Shown here one piece after another: positions 46,601 through 53,293 of a DNA stretch of 64,000 nucleotides. Position 1 is the stretch's first letter; each line of letters opens with the position of its first letter. The notes under the pieces were generated by a model, which saw nothing but the letters and a program-made list of their open reading frames with translations, did no database searches and had not been told where the DNA came from. Both the position numbers and the translations under genes were made by a program. Source of the DNA: an uncultured Gammaproteobacteria bacterium (GTDB taxonomy: Bacteria > Patescibacteriota > Patescibacteriia > Patescibacteriales > UBA12465); assembly GCA_964470695.1 (NCBI GenBank), contig CAYYDR010000002.1, positions 200,401-264,400 on the forward strand. The letters are read 5' to 3'.

Positions 46601-47415
46601 AGCTATTGCAAAGACTCCTTCAGGATTTTGTAAAAATTGAAAATAATGAACCACGGGATAGAACAATGGATGTATATTATTTAGGAAATATATTTAATCA
46701 ACTATATCAAAGAAATGATTTGCCATTAGAGGTTGTAGCAAAACTCGAATGGCCATATGTTTCTTTATTTGATGAATTTAAACGTTATACAACTTTTTCA
46801 ACAGCATTACATCGAAATTTGCAAACAGACCCTTTATTATTTGCCCAACTAATACCTTTTTTATATAAATCAAGTAACAAAGAATTTGATAAAGATAATA
46901 AATTAGATAAAAAATCTCAAGAAAGGATGTGGCATGTCGCTCATGATTTATTAGATTCCTGGTATCTCCTACCTGGATTAGAGGATGATGGAAATTTGGA
47001 CGAAGAAAAATTAAAAAAATGGATAGTTGATGCTCGCAGTAAATGCCAAGAAACTGGTCATGTTACTGGATGTGATATTCAAATTGGATTTATATTAGCA
47101 CATTCTCCTAGCAATCTAGATGGAACATGGCCACATGCGGCCGTTTGCAATATTATAGAGTTTTTAGATAATGAGACCATTGATAGACATATTGAAAATG
47201 AAATATATAATAGCAGGGGCGTTACTTCAAGAGGGTTAAATGATGGAGGTGCACAAGAAAGAGACTTAGTTCAAAAATATAAAAAAATGAGCGATGACGC
47301 TAAAGCTAAGTGGCCGCGAACCAGTAGATTGCTATTGAATATTTCTAAATCTTATGAGCTCGAGGCAAAAAGACATGATGTCGATTCTGATTTGCATGAT
47401 TTAAGCTGGAAATAA
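43630..47415 (+). CDS. 1261-aa protein of unknown function: N-terminal alpha/beta domain (possible PD-(D/E)xK-like) followed by a long helical-repeat body; no NTPase motifs found
   Basis: The start is 5 nt after DUF2188. The N-terminus reads LPELIRRLI...SGDSVANGGWDGYL...SVWEIGTKK...DADYLKR. I could find no Walker A (GxxxxGK[ST]) and no DExx helicase box by eye. Confidence 0.75.
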   Translation: MKWIDVGDIKNWVNGKQRHCAQTLPELIRRLIFATSSTIEEINFPSGDSVANGGWDGYLKTPNISPLFPSGISVWEIGTKKTPGKKADADYLKRTTNPLGVNKGDTSFVFVTPYTWQKGKEWEKNKRLLNEWKDVRVVSSDHIELWLESAPAVALWLGRQIKGLSDQIRDIEGFWEEWAVATNPEMTAELVLGGRIKEAKHIQNWIKDKASIVEVRGDSPDEPFAFFYSAVSTLPEAEKIQVFSRCIVVEDIKQFRTCVTTFQNPLIIAAPSECRDAAGLAVKNGHHVFLSADSKSLDFRSNLLQLSRPRREIVEECLKKSGLSEKDSRSLARDFGRSIPVLRRHQFVASAKIPEWASEDSSKTLIPLLFAGAWDENKEGDRQLIELLAGVSYDEYIKLLSPLLLIDDSPIRKVGSVWILKSPLDAWYIIALNVTDDNLNLFEQAVAAALTKTDPKYDLEAEKRWMASVYGKSNPYSEWVREGLVESLVLIAVYGNRSPFIKTSTQIFADNVVKNILASANKWEMWASIKDVTPLLAEASPDAFMSAVEKIIIEDKGLLKDLLSDDGTMFGECRHAGLLWALESISWSPEHFSRAVNILYELSNIDLGGKWSNRPINSLKDIFAPGLPQTHADPNQRLLVLKSFIEKDPKTTWRFVKDYYGMGSMSESHMFRWRDTGGSRRGLEHESPDDHSVYIKGLLPLFTELACKKENIIYATDDFTRLSGDIREYLLKTLEKETINSFSVEERLEIFHNVREALNWVNSYGKDEFRKQIPALENIYKKFTPENILDKYGWLISDPWPRLPQGEPKDYEAKNDTVKIAQEEAAREVLNQVSAKDIVYYSTTIGYPGVFGRILGRIVNNGEEENKIFDEMIKDYAKNSIFIQGYVTGRFEKNGDGWLEQQITRLKELGVYSAEACALLYLGRKENAETWSMISKYGEDVEDSYWRQATGYSVDNKKEDAYIAIEKLLDVERPAAALKIAGDSDILVPSQLLQRLLQDFVKIENNEPRDRTMDVYYLGNIFNQLYQRNDLPLEVVAKLEWPYVSLFDEFKRYTTFSTALHRNLQTDPLLFAQLIPFLYKSSNKEFDKDNKLDKKSQERMWHVAHDLLDSWYLLPGLEDDGNLDEEKLKKWIVDARSKCQETGHVTGCDIQIGFILAHSPSNLDGTWPHAAVCNIIEFLDNETIDRHIENEIYNSRGVTSRGLNDGGAQERDLVQKYKKMSDDAKAKWPRTSRLLLNISKSYELEAKRHDVDSDLHDLSWK

Positions 47416-47422
47416 AAAATAT

Positions 47423-47908
47423 ATGACATGGTACAAAAAGTATTTAACCGAATATAAAAAAGAAATTATCGTATCAGTAACATTTACTATTATCTTTGCC
47501 ATATTTTTATCGTTGTGGCATTATGCACTTGGAAAGAGTTTTGTCTGGAAAGAAATTGACCCAATACCAAAACCACAAGAATTTGTCAGATTTATTTATA
47601 GCGCACTTGTTTTTGCAACATTCGGTGCTTTTTTATATTGGATTAAATTTTATAAATTTTTACATTCAGTAATTGTCAGGGAGCTAGGAGCCTGGAAATT
47701 GTATAGAGACATCAAGTCGGTTATTTGGACTTCATTGATTTTAGTGATGTATTTTTTTGTTGTCCCGAAAGTTATTGATTTTCTAAACAGTACTATTTCA
47801 ATTATTTATAATTTATTCTTTTTTATTGTTTATTTATTACCGCCACTCCTCGTGTCAGTATTAATAATTATATTTGTAATTTATTTAATAAGGAAATCTA
47901 ATAAATAA
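47423..47908 (+). CDS. Four-TM small membrane protein (161 aa)
   Basis: The start is 7 nt after the upstream stop. Four hydrophobic helices are present and the C-terminus ends in a basic tail (IRKSNK). Confidence 0.65.
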   Translation: MTWYKKYLTEYKKEIIVSVTFTIIFAIFLSLWHYALGKSFVWKEIDPIPKPQEFVRFIYSALVFATFGAFLYWIKFYKFLHSVIVRELGAWKLYRDIKSVIWTSLILVMYFFVVPKVIDFLNSTISIIYNLFFFIVYLLPPLLVSVLIIIFVIYLIRKSNK

Positions 47909-47912
47909 AAGT

Positions 47913-48557
47913 ATGGCTAATTTTCATCTTAACTTAGAAGATAGTATTGGCATTTCTGAATCAGTTACTGCTCGATCTGAGTCAAATTACTTAATCATTA
48001 AGAATAAAGAAATTTGTTCTAGTATATTAAGAATGCCAGAGCCAGGCGAGAACGACTTGATTGATTTTTTCGTTTCAATTCACTTAGTTATGGAAATAAG
48101 TCTTAATACTTTTTTTCGTGTAATATCACTGAATGAAATGCAAAAAAGAGTAGATCCCTTGGCCGTAATAAAAAATTTAGACGGGATTAATTTTATAGAT
48201 AAAACTATTTTATTTATTTATAATTCCCATTTTAATTTTAATGGAGATGTAGATAGCGCTGACCGATACCATTCTATTATTGGCCAACTAAGGCAATTCT
48301 CGGAACCGAGAAATAAGTTATTGCACGGACATTCAATAAGTACAATTTTTCATCAGGACACAAATAGACATTCAGATACTAGAAATATTATTACGCGAGA
48401 AAGGATGAATAGTCAGATAAGTTTATATAAAAGTGTTATGGATGGATTAAAATTCTATTTTGATTGTCTGCGGTCATCATTTAGCGTTAGCGGAAAAGAC
48501 ACTATAAAAAGAGAATATTTGGACGATGGATTTCTTAATATAAATAGTAATGATTAG
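47913..48557 (+). CDS. 214-aa protein with HEPN-type Rx4H motif (candidate RNase effector)
   Basis: The start is 4 nt after the upstream stop. The motif is SEPRNKLLHGHS (R133...H138, nt 48309-48326), in the R-N-x-x-x-H form common in Abi-type HEPN domains. Confidence 0.6.
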   Translation: MANFHLNLEDSIGISESVTARSESNYLIIKNKEICSSILRMPEPGENDLIDFFVSIHLVMEISLNTFFRVISLNEMQKRVDPLAVIKNLDGINFIDKTILFIYNSHFNFNGDVDSADRYHSIIGQLRQFSEPRNKLLHGHSISTIFHQDTNRHSDTRNIITRERMNSQISLYKSVMDGLKFYFDCLRSSFSVSGKDTIKREYLDDGFLNINSND

Positions 48558-48782
48558 TGATTATATATTTAAGCCCTCTAAAATTGAGTATATATTTATT
48601 ATTTTGTAAATTATTAGCCAAAATAATCAATAATCCCTTATAAATCGCTAAAAGCTCTGCAGTGTCTCATTTGTCTCATTTACCCGACCCACTTACTTAT
48701 TTTGGGCTCAAAAAAAGACGCTCAAAATTCCTTATAAACCTCGCTAATGGTGGTATCTAACCCGGTTAGCCCGCTAACGAAA

Positions 48783-48810
48783 ATAACCTCACCTGCGTGA
48801 GGTTATTTTT
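48783..48810 (+). terminator. Intrinsic terminator ending the LexA-like operon
   Basis: ATAACCTCAC-ctgc-GTGAGGTTAT running into T5. Confidence 0.8.
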
Positions 48811-48815
48811 GTTAA

Positions 48816-48946
48816 TGTTGTAGTTGGGGAGGGATTCGAAAGCCGGAGGCGATGCGCACTTGTGCGCCGCCGAGGCCGGGTCGGGGCGCTTGCTTTTCGC
48901 TGAGCGTAGCGAAAGCGAAAAGCTTAGCGACCGTGACCGAATCCCT
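48816..48946 (+). ncRNA. GC-rich, strongly structured element of unknown identity abutting the island end (candidate ncRNA or cis-regulatory/att-associated structure)
   Basis: A closing helix GAGGGATTCG 48819-28 / CGAATCCCTC 48928-37 encloses two hairpins. The first is GGCG-at-GCGCA-CTTG-TGCGC-CGCC (48838-61). The second is GCTTTTCGCT 48882-91 / AGCGAAAAGC 48904-13. The element is flanked by terminators on both sides and is very GC-rich for this genome. Confidence 0.35.
48928..48946 (+). repeat. 19-bp direct repeat (att, distal copy; displaced original tRNA-Ser 3' end)
   Basis: cgaatccctcactctccgc is identical to 32735-32753. It continues ACAT, so there is no CCA. Confidence 0.9.
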
Positions 48947-48950
48947 CACT

Positions 48951-48981
48951 CTCCGCACATAAAATAACCCTAGTAAAATGG
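48951..48981 (+). terminator. Weak intrinsic terminator (probable original tRNA-Ser terminator)
   Basis: AAAATAACCC-10 nt loop-GGGTTGTTTT with a T-run. Confidence 0.4.
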
Positions 48982-49005
48982 GGTTGTTTTTGTTATCCTT
49001 AAAAT

Positions 49006-49971
49006 ATGTTTTACCCCCTCCAAATATTAGCCGATTGGCTGACTTACTCAATTTTTAAAATTGCCCCGCAGACTCTAATAGCCAGCGCCTTAAATTTTTT
49101 TATTTTTGATACACTAAAAATATTTATTCTTCTTTTAGTTATCATTTTTCTAGTTTCTTATATACGTACCTATCTGCCGCCGGAAAAAGTTCGTTTATTT
49201 TTAGCTAAGAGAAATAGATTAACTGGACATATCTTAGCCTCACTGCTCGGTATAGTTACGCCTTTCTGCTCTTGCTCGGCTGTCCCTTTATTTTTAGGGT
49301 TTGTGGAAGCTGGAGTGCCGCTAGGTGTGACCTTTTCTTTTTTAATTGCCTCACCGATGATTAATGAAGTGGCTTTAGTAATGCTTCTGAGTTTGTTCGG
49401 TTGGAAGATATCCCTACTTTATGTTTTAAGCGGCTTGGTCATCGCTATAGTTTCCGGATTATTAATAGGCCAAATGAAGGTTGAACACTTAGTGGCTGAT
49501 TTTGTCTGGAAAAATAAATTAAAAGATGGCACTATGGTCGCCGCGTCAACCAGTCAGAAAGAAAAAATAGTTTATGCGCTTGATTATTCATTTAGTATTA
49601 TAAAAAATGTTTGGCCGTATGTTCTGATTGGAATTGGCTTAGGTGCCTGGATACACGGTTATGTTCCCGCTGATTTTTTAGTTAAATATGCCGGCGCTGA
49701 TAAATGGTATGCTGTGCCTTTAGCAACTTTAATTGGCATCCCATTATATTCTAATGCGGCCGGCATCATGCCCCTGGTCCATGCTCTAACGGAGAAGGGA
49801 GTGGCAATCGGTACGACCTTATCTTTTATGATGGCTGTTACCGCTTTGTCGTTGCCAGAATTTATGATTTTGAAAAAAGTTATGAAAACTAAGCTGATAA
49901 TTATTTTTGCCTCAATCGTTGGTTTGGGGATTATTTTTACCGGCTACTTTTTTAATGTTATTTTAAAATAG
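49006..49971 (+). CDS. PF03773/ArsP-like permease
   Basis: LLGIVTPFCSCSAVPLFLGFVEAGVPLGVTFSFLIASPMINE and about 8 TM helices. Confidence 0.7.
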   Translation: MFYPLQILADWLTYSIFKIAPQTLIASALNFFIFDTLKIFILLLVIIFLVSYIRTYLPPEKVRLFLAKRNRLTGHILASLLGIVTPFCSCSAVPLFLGFVEAGVPLGVTFSFLIASPMINEVALVMLLSLFGWKISLLYVLSGLVIAIVSGLLIGQMKVEHLVADFVWKNKLKDGTMVAASTSQKEKIVYALDYSFSIIKNVWPYVLIGIGLGAWIHGYVPADFLVKYAGADKWYAVPLATLIGIPLYSNAAGIMPLVHALTEKGVAIGTTLSFMMAVTALSLPEFMILKKVMKTKLIIIFASIVGLGIIFTGYFFNVILK

Positions 49972-49981
49972 AGTTGTAAAA

Positions 49982-50010
49982 TAAAAAAGCCCCCGTATCC
50001 TCCAGGGGCT
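49982..50010 (-). terminator. Intrinsic terminator for the minus-strand gene 50046-50315
   Basis: AGCCCC-11 nt loop-GGGGCT. On the minus strand it is followed by T6. Confidence 0.5.
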
Positions 50011-50045
50011 AAAATTTATATTTGTGTTTTTCTTCTTTTCTAGAA

Positions 50046-50315
50046 CTAAGAAATGAGATTGATTATTACAGCTGCTAAATATCGGCAGCCGGTGCTAATT
50101 AAGTCGGCTAAGATGCCAATATAGTAACCGATGCCAGGGAAGAGTCCAGGCAAAATCCAGTTGATTACTAGATAGATTATCCAGCCCAGTATTGCGCCGA
50201 AGATGAGCATCCAAACTACCTCACCGTTATCGGTGATAATCATAGCGATTATGAAGATGGCTGTAATGAAGCCAATAAACATTCCCCATAATGGCGAAAT
50301 CATCGCTGTTTCCAT
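50046..50315 (-). CDS. Small three-TM membrane protein (89 aa)
   Basis: Hydrophobic ORF with an SD-like AAGGGA upstream. Confidence 0.5.
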   Translation of the reverse strand: METAMISPLWGMFIGFITAIFIIAMIITDNGEVVWMLIFGAILGWIIYLVINWILPGLFPGIGYYIGILADLISTGCRYLAAVIINLIS

Positions 50316-50494
50316 GATTTATCCCTTTCTCTTTTAAATGTACAGCTACATCTACAACGTTATTTGGTATGGTCTATGCTTGATTAAAATACTTAATTAA
50401 ACTTAAGGACATTATACAATATTTTATTAATATTGTCAATGTTTTATTAAATAAGGCAAAAAAACCTTATTTTTTGTTAATATTACAGTAAGTA

Positions 50495-50523
50495 TTGACA
50501 AAATATTGTTAATATGCTATTAT
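50495..50523 (+). promoter_or_regulatory. Sigma70-type promoter
   Basis: TTGACA 50495-50500, 17-nt spacer, TATTAT 50518-50523. Confidence 0.55.
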
Positions 50524-50594
50524 TATTTTACGTAAATTTAAGAACCTTACCAATTTAAATCTCAAATAACCTCAAAAAAACAAGGAATCTTGTC

Positions 50595-51071
50595 ATGAAA
50601 AATCTAGTTCTCGCCCTCGTTTTGTTTATTGTTTCATTGCCTGGATCAACTAAGGCTCAGCATGTGGTCCCTTTAATTAACGATTCTCGGCAATATTCTT
50701 TTGCCGAATTGGATAGGCTTTATAAAAAAGCTTCGCCCCTGGCAAATGATGTTGAGGGCTTACCATTAGATAATAAAGATAATTATATCTTTATTAATGA
50801 TAAGTATCTGTTAATTATGTTGCAGACTTATCATCGCCCAATACATGGTTTGACGGAACAGAATATAATGCCGGAACACTATACCTGGAACGTGACCATG
50901 AATGGTCAGATAGTAGACATTCCTAATCGGTTGTCCTATCAATCCATTGAGCTCCCCAAGTTAATTGGCAGTGATATTGTTTTCAGAGCCGTAAACCGTC
51001 TTAGCAATAAATATTTTTATACCGTTATTTCTGATGACGGTAAAAAAGTTTATTATTTAAATCGTTATTGA
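50595..51071 (+). CDS. Secreted hypothetical protein (158 aa)
   Basis: Signal peptide MKNLVLALVLFIVSLPGSTKA/QH and an SD sequence AAGGAA. Confidence 0.55.
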   Translation: MKNLVLALVLFIVSLPGSTKAQHVVPLINDSRQYSFAELDRLYKKASPLANDVEGLPLDNKDNYIFINDKYLLIMLQTYHRPIHGLTEQNIMPEHYTWNVTMNGQIVDIPNRLSYQSIELPKLIGSDIVFRAVNRLSNKYFYTVISDDGKKVYYLNRY

Positions 51072-51101
51072 TTTTACAACCAAAAATAGCAAGAGGAAGC
51101 A

Positions 51102-51758
51102 ATGAATGTAAAAAATGTAGTGAAGCGTTTTAAGGAAATTGCCAGTCAAGTAAAATTTCAGGGCTGGTCGCTAGTCGGGAATTATGAGCTCGGTGAAAAA
51201 ATTCCGTATTTTGGGCAAGTACTAAAGTACAAGCTCAGAACCGGTAATGGTGACGAAGAATATTTTTCTTTAATCCGCCACTTCGGCTGGTGCGTTGTCT
51301 TTGGAGTCACCGAAGAGAATAATGTTGTTACCCTAGTGCAGTGGAAACCTGGCGTTAATCAGGCTAGCTGGGAACTTCCTCCTGGCGGTATTGGCAAGGT
51401 TGATCCAGGCGCTTCTCCGGAAGAAATCTTGGAAAAAACTAGAGCAATCTACTTAGCCGAAACCGGTTACGGCGGCGGAGAATGGACTAATCTCGGTTCT
51501 GTTCTGGTTGAAACCGGCAAGTATCGCGGCTCCGGTCCTAATGATCACGGTCTCCCGGCTCACCTGATGTTGGTGACCGGACTAAAGAAAGAGAAAGATG
51601 CCCGGCAGCCCAATAGGAACGAAATTATTGAAACTCTGGAAGTACCTTTAGATCAGTTTCAGGAAGTTTTGGAGTCTGGTCTATTTAATGAAGCGAGCGC
51701 TGTACCTTGCGCCATGCTCGCCTTACTCAAACTTGGCAAACTAAAGTGGGCAAAATAA
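51102..51758 (+). CDS. Nudix-fold protein with degenerate Nudix box
   Basis: WELPPGGIGKVDPGASPEEILEKTRAIYLAETGY resembles GX5EX7REUXEEXGU, but the RE/EE positions are substituted. Confidence 0.45.
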   Translation: MNVKNVVKRFKEIASQVKFQGWSLVGNYELGEKIPYFGQVLKYKLRTGNGDEEYFSLIRHFGWCVVFGVTEENNVVTLVQWKPGVNQASWELPPGGIGKVDPGASPEEILEKTRAIYLAETGYGGGEWTNLGSVLVETGKYRGSGPNDHGLPAHLMLVTGLKKEKDARQPNRNEIIETLEVPLDQFQEVLESGLFNEASAVPCAMLALLKLGKLKWAK

Positions 51759-51782
51759 TTGCCGCTATCACAAATTCTAAAG

Positions 51783-51813
51783 CCCCAACCTGAAAAGTGT
51801 TGGGGATTTTTTT
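51783..51813 (+). terminator. Intrinsic terminator
   Basis: CCCCAAC-9 nt loop-GTTGGGG, then a and T7. Confidence 0.85.
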
Positions 51814-51882
51814 ATTTAAAATAGTTTTGAGGCCAGTCGGGCGACCCTATAAAAACAGAGCTGGTTTTGCTATAATTAATTT

Positions 51883-52680
51883 ATGGTTAATTTTTTTATC
51901 CAAGTCGCTCAGGCTACGCTTATTCAGATTGTTTCTATCTTCGGAATTTTTTTTGTTTTAGGATTTCTGTTATCTAAAATTCAAGCCGCTATTTTAAAAA
52001 ATTATAGCCGCTCCATTGGATGGCGCGGTCTGCTTTGGACGGCCTGGCTAGGAACGCCCGTACATGAATATAGCCATGCTCTTTTAGCGGTTATATTCGG
52101 GCATAAAATAACCGAAGTAGTTTTATTTTCTCCCGACCCTAATACCGGAGAATTAGGCCATGTTAGCCATTCTTATAACCAAAGAAGTTTTTATCAGAGT
52201 GTCGGGAATTTTTTTATCGGTTTAGCTCCCTTAATCATCGGTCCGCTTATTTTAATTGTTCTTCTTTATGTCTTGGTGCCGCAGGGGCGGGAAGTATTTG
52301 CTCAGCTATCTTATCATCAAAATTCTTTAGCACTATTAGGGGATGGTGTTAAGCAATTTTTAATTTTGTTATTTTCTCCAGCCAATTTAACTAGTTATCG
52401 TTTCTGGATATTTTTGTATATTTCTTTCTGCATTGCTTCACATCTCGCTCCTAGTCAGAGCGATCGCCGCGGCGCTTGGCACGGCTCTCTAGTAATTATT
52501 TTCTGGTTGATATTTATTAATATCTTAGCGCAGTTAGCCAGCTTTGATATAACTAGCCGCATAGTTAGTTTATCTCGTTTTTTTACAGAGCTCGTGACTG
52601 TTTATATTTATACTCTGATAATTTCTCTGATTCATTGGTTTATATCCTATCTTATTCTTAGGCCCTGGCGGAGAAGCTGA
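51883..52680 (+). CDS. Polytopic membrane protein with HExxH motif (possible DUF3267-like zincin)
   Basis: TPVHEYSHALLAVIFGHK and about 6 TM helices. Confidence 0.45.
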   Translation: MVNFFIQVAQATLIQIVSIFGIFFVLGFLLSKIQAAILKNYSRSIGWRGLLWTAWLGTPVHEYSHALLAVIFGHKITEVVLFSPDPNTGELGHVSHSYNQRSFYQSVGNFFIGLAPLIIGPLILIVLLYVLVPQGREVFAQLSYHQNSLALLGDGVKQFLILLFSPANLTSYRFWIFLYISFCIASHLAPSQSDRRGAWHGSLVIIFWLIFINILAQLASFDITSRIVSLSRFFTELVTVYIYTLIISLIHWFISYLILRPWRRS

Positions 52681-52721
52681 AAAATTAAGCAGTATTATTA
52701 ATTAAGCCTAACCTAAATTTT

Positions 52722-53243
52722 ATGGCTTTAGAAAAAGTATTAGTAATGAGCCGGGCCAGAGTTATTGTCTTAGCCCAATTTATTGTTTTATTGTCTGCCG
52801 CTGTTTTTGCGCCCTTAGTTCATAATCAAATAATTACCGGTTCAATAGTTAACGCGACTTTGTTTGTGTCTGCCGCTCTTCTCGGCCTAGAGGGAGCAAT
52901 TTTAATTGGATTATTGCCTAGTCTTTTTGCTTTGACGGCCGGGACTTTGCCAATGGCTCTGGCGCCGCTTATTCCCTTTATAATGCTTAGTAATATTTTA
53001 TTAGTTTTAGTTTTTAGTTCATTAGGCAAGGCCGACTATTGGCTGAAAATGGTTAGTGCCGCGGTCCTAAAATTTATCTTTTTGTCCGCCGTTTCTTATT
53101 GGGTGGTTAATTTATTATTGCCCGGTAAAATTGCTGGCGCCGCCGCCGCGATGTTGAACTGGCCCCAGCTGATTACGGCTTTATTAGGCGGATTTTTGGC
53201 TTATGCAGTTTTGCGGAGCGGGCAGTTTATTAGTAATAAATAA
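52722..53243 (+). CDS. Polytopic membrane protein (173 aa), possibly an ECF S-component-like transporter
   Basis: Five or six TM helices and a NQIITGSIVNATLF block. The family assignment is weak. Confidence 0.35.
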   Translation: MALEKVLVMSRARVIVLAQFIVLLSAAVFAPLVHNQIITGSIVNATLFVSAALLGLEGAILIGLLPSLFALTAGTLPMALAPLIPFIMLSNILLVLVFSSLGKADYWLKMVSAAVLKFIFLSAVSYWVVNLLLPGKIAGAAAAMLNWPQLITALLGGFLAYAVLRSGQFISNK

Positions 53244-53267
53244 AAAACCATCGATTAATACCGATGG
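53242..53267 (-). terminator. Intrinsic terminator for 53294-54823
   Basis: CCATCG-8 nt loop-CGATGG. On the minus strand it is followed by T6. Confidence 0.6.
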
Positions 53268-53293
53268 CTGTTAAAAGTGAAAAATAAATTAAT

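Larger units (their letters stand above)
32756..48946. mobile_element. ~16.2-kb AT-rich genomic island integrated at the 3' end of tRNA-Ser(GGA)
   Basis: It is bounded by the 19-bp direct repeat of the tRNA 3' half. It contains a large serine recombinase and phage/ICE-type genes (ParB-MTase, LexA-like, TerS-like HTH). It is visibly more AT-rich than the flanks. The displaced repeat copy is followed by its own terminator. Confidence 0.75.

Noticed and set aside
48816-48958. The idea that the GC-rich element is a tmRNA, a second tRNA or an intron-containing tRNA. The 5' GGGGAGGGATTCGA resembles a tmRNA start, and the 3' end equals the tRNA-Ser 3' end.
   Set aside because: The T arm is incomplete (only the 3' half is present) and there is no acceptor-stem partner for ACTCTCC. 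There is no tag reading frame, and ~130 nt is far too short for a tmRNA. The 3' identity is explained by the att duplication.
48812-49051. A 79-aa minus-strand ORF spanning the GC-rich element, the att repeat and the permease start.
   Set aside because: It overlaps the att repeat, a terminator and the 5' end of a well-supported permease gene, and its composition is driven by the GC-rich hairpins.
50416-50523. An AATATTGT/ACAATATT palindrome (50416-50436) with a third copy in the promoter spacer (50502-09), plus a hairpin with a T-run (50451-50475) in a divergent intergenic region.
   Set aside because: These motifs are very AT-rich and short (8 bp), and a 6-bp hairpin is weak. All of this is easily produced by chance in this composition, so I do not report them as features.
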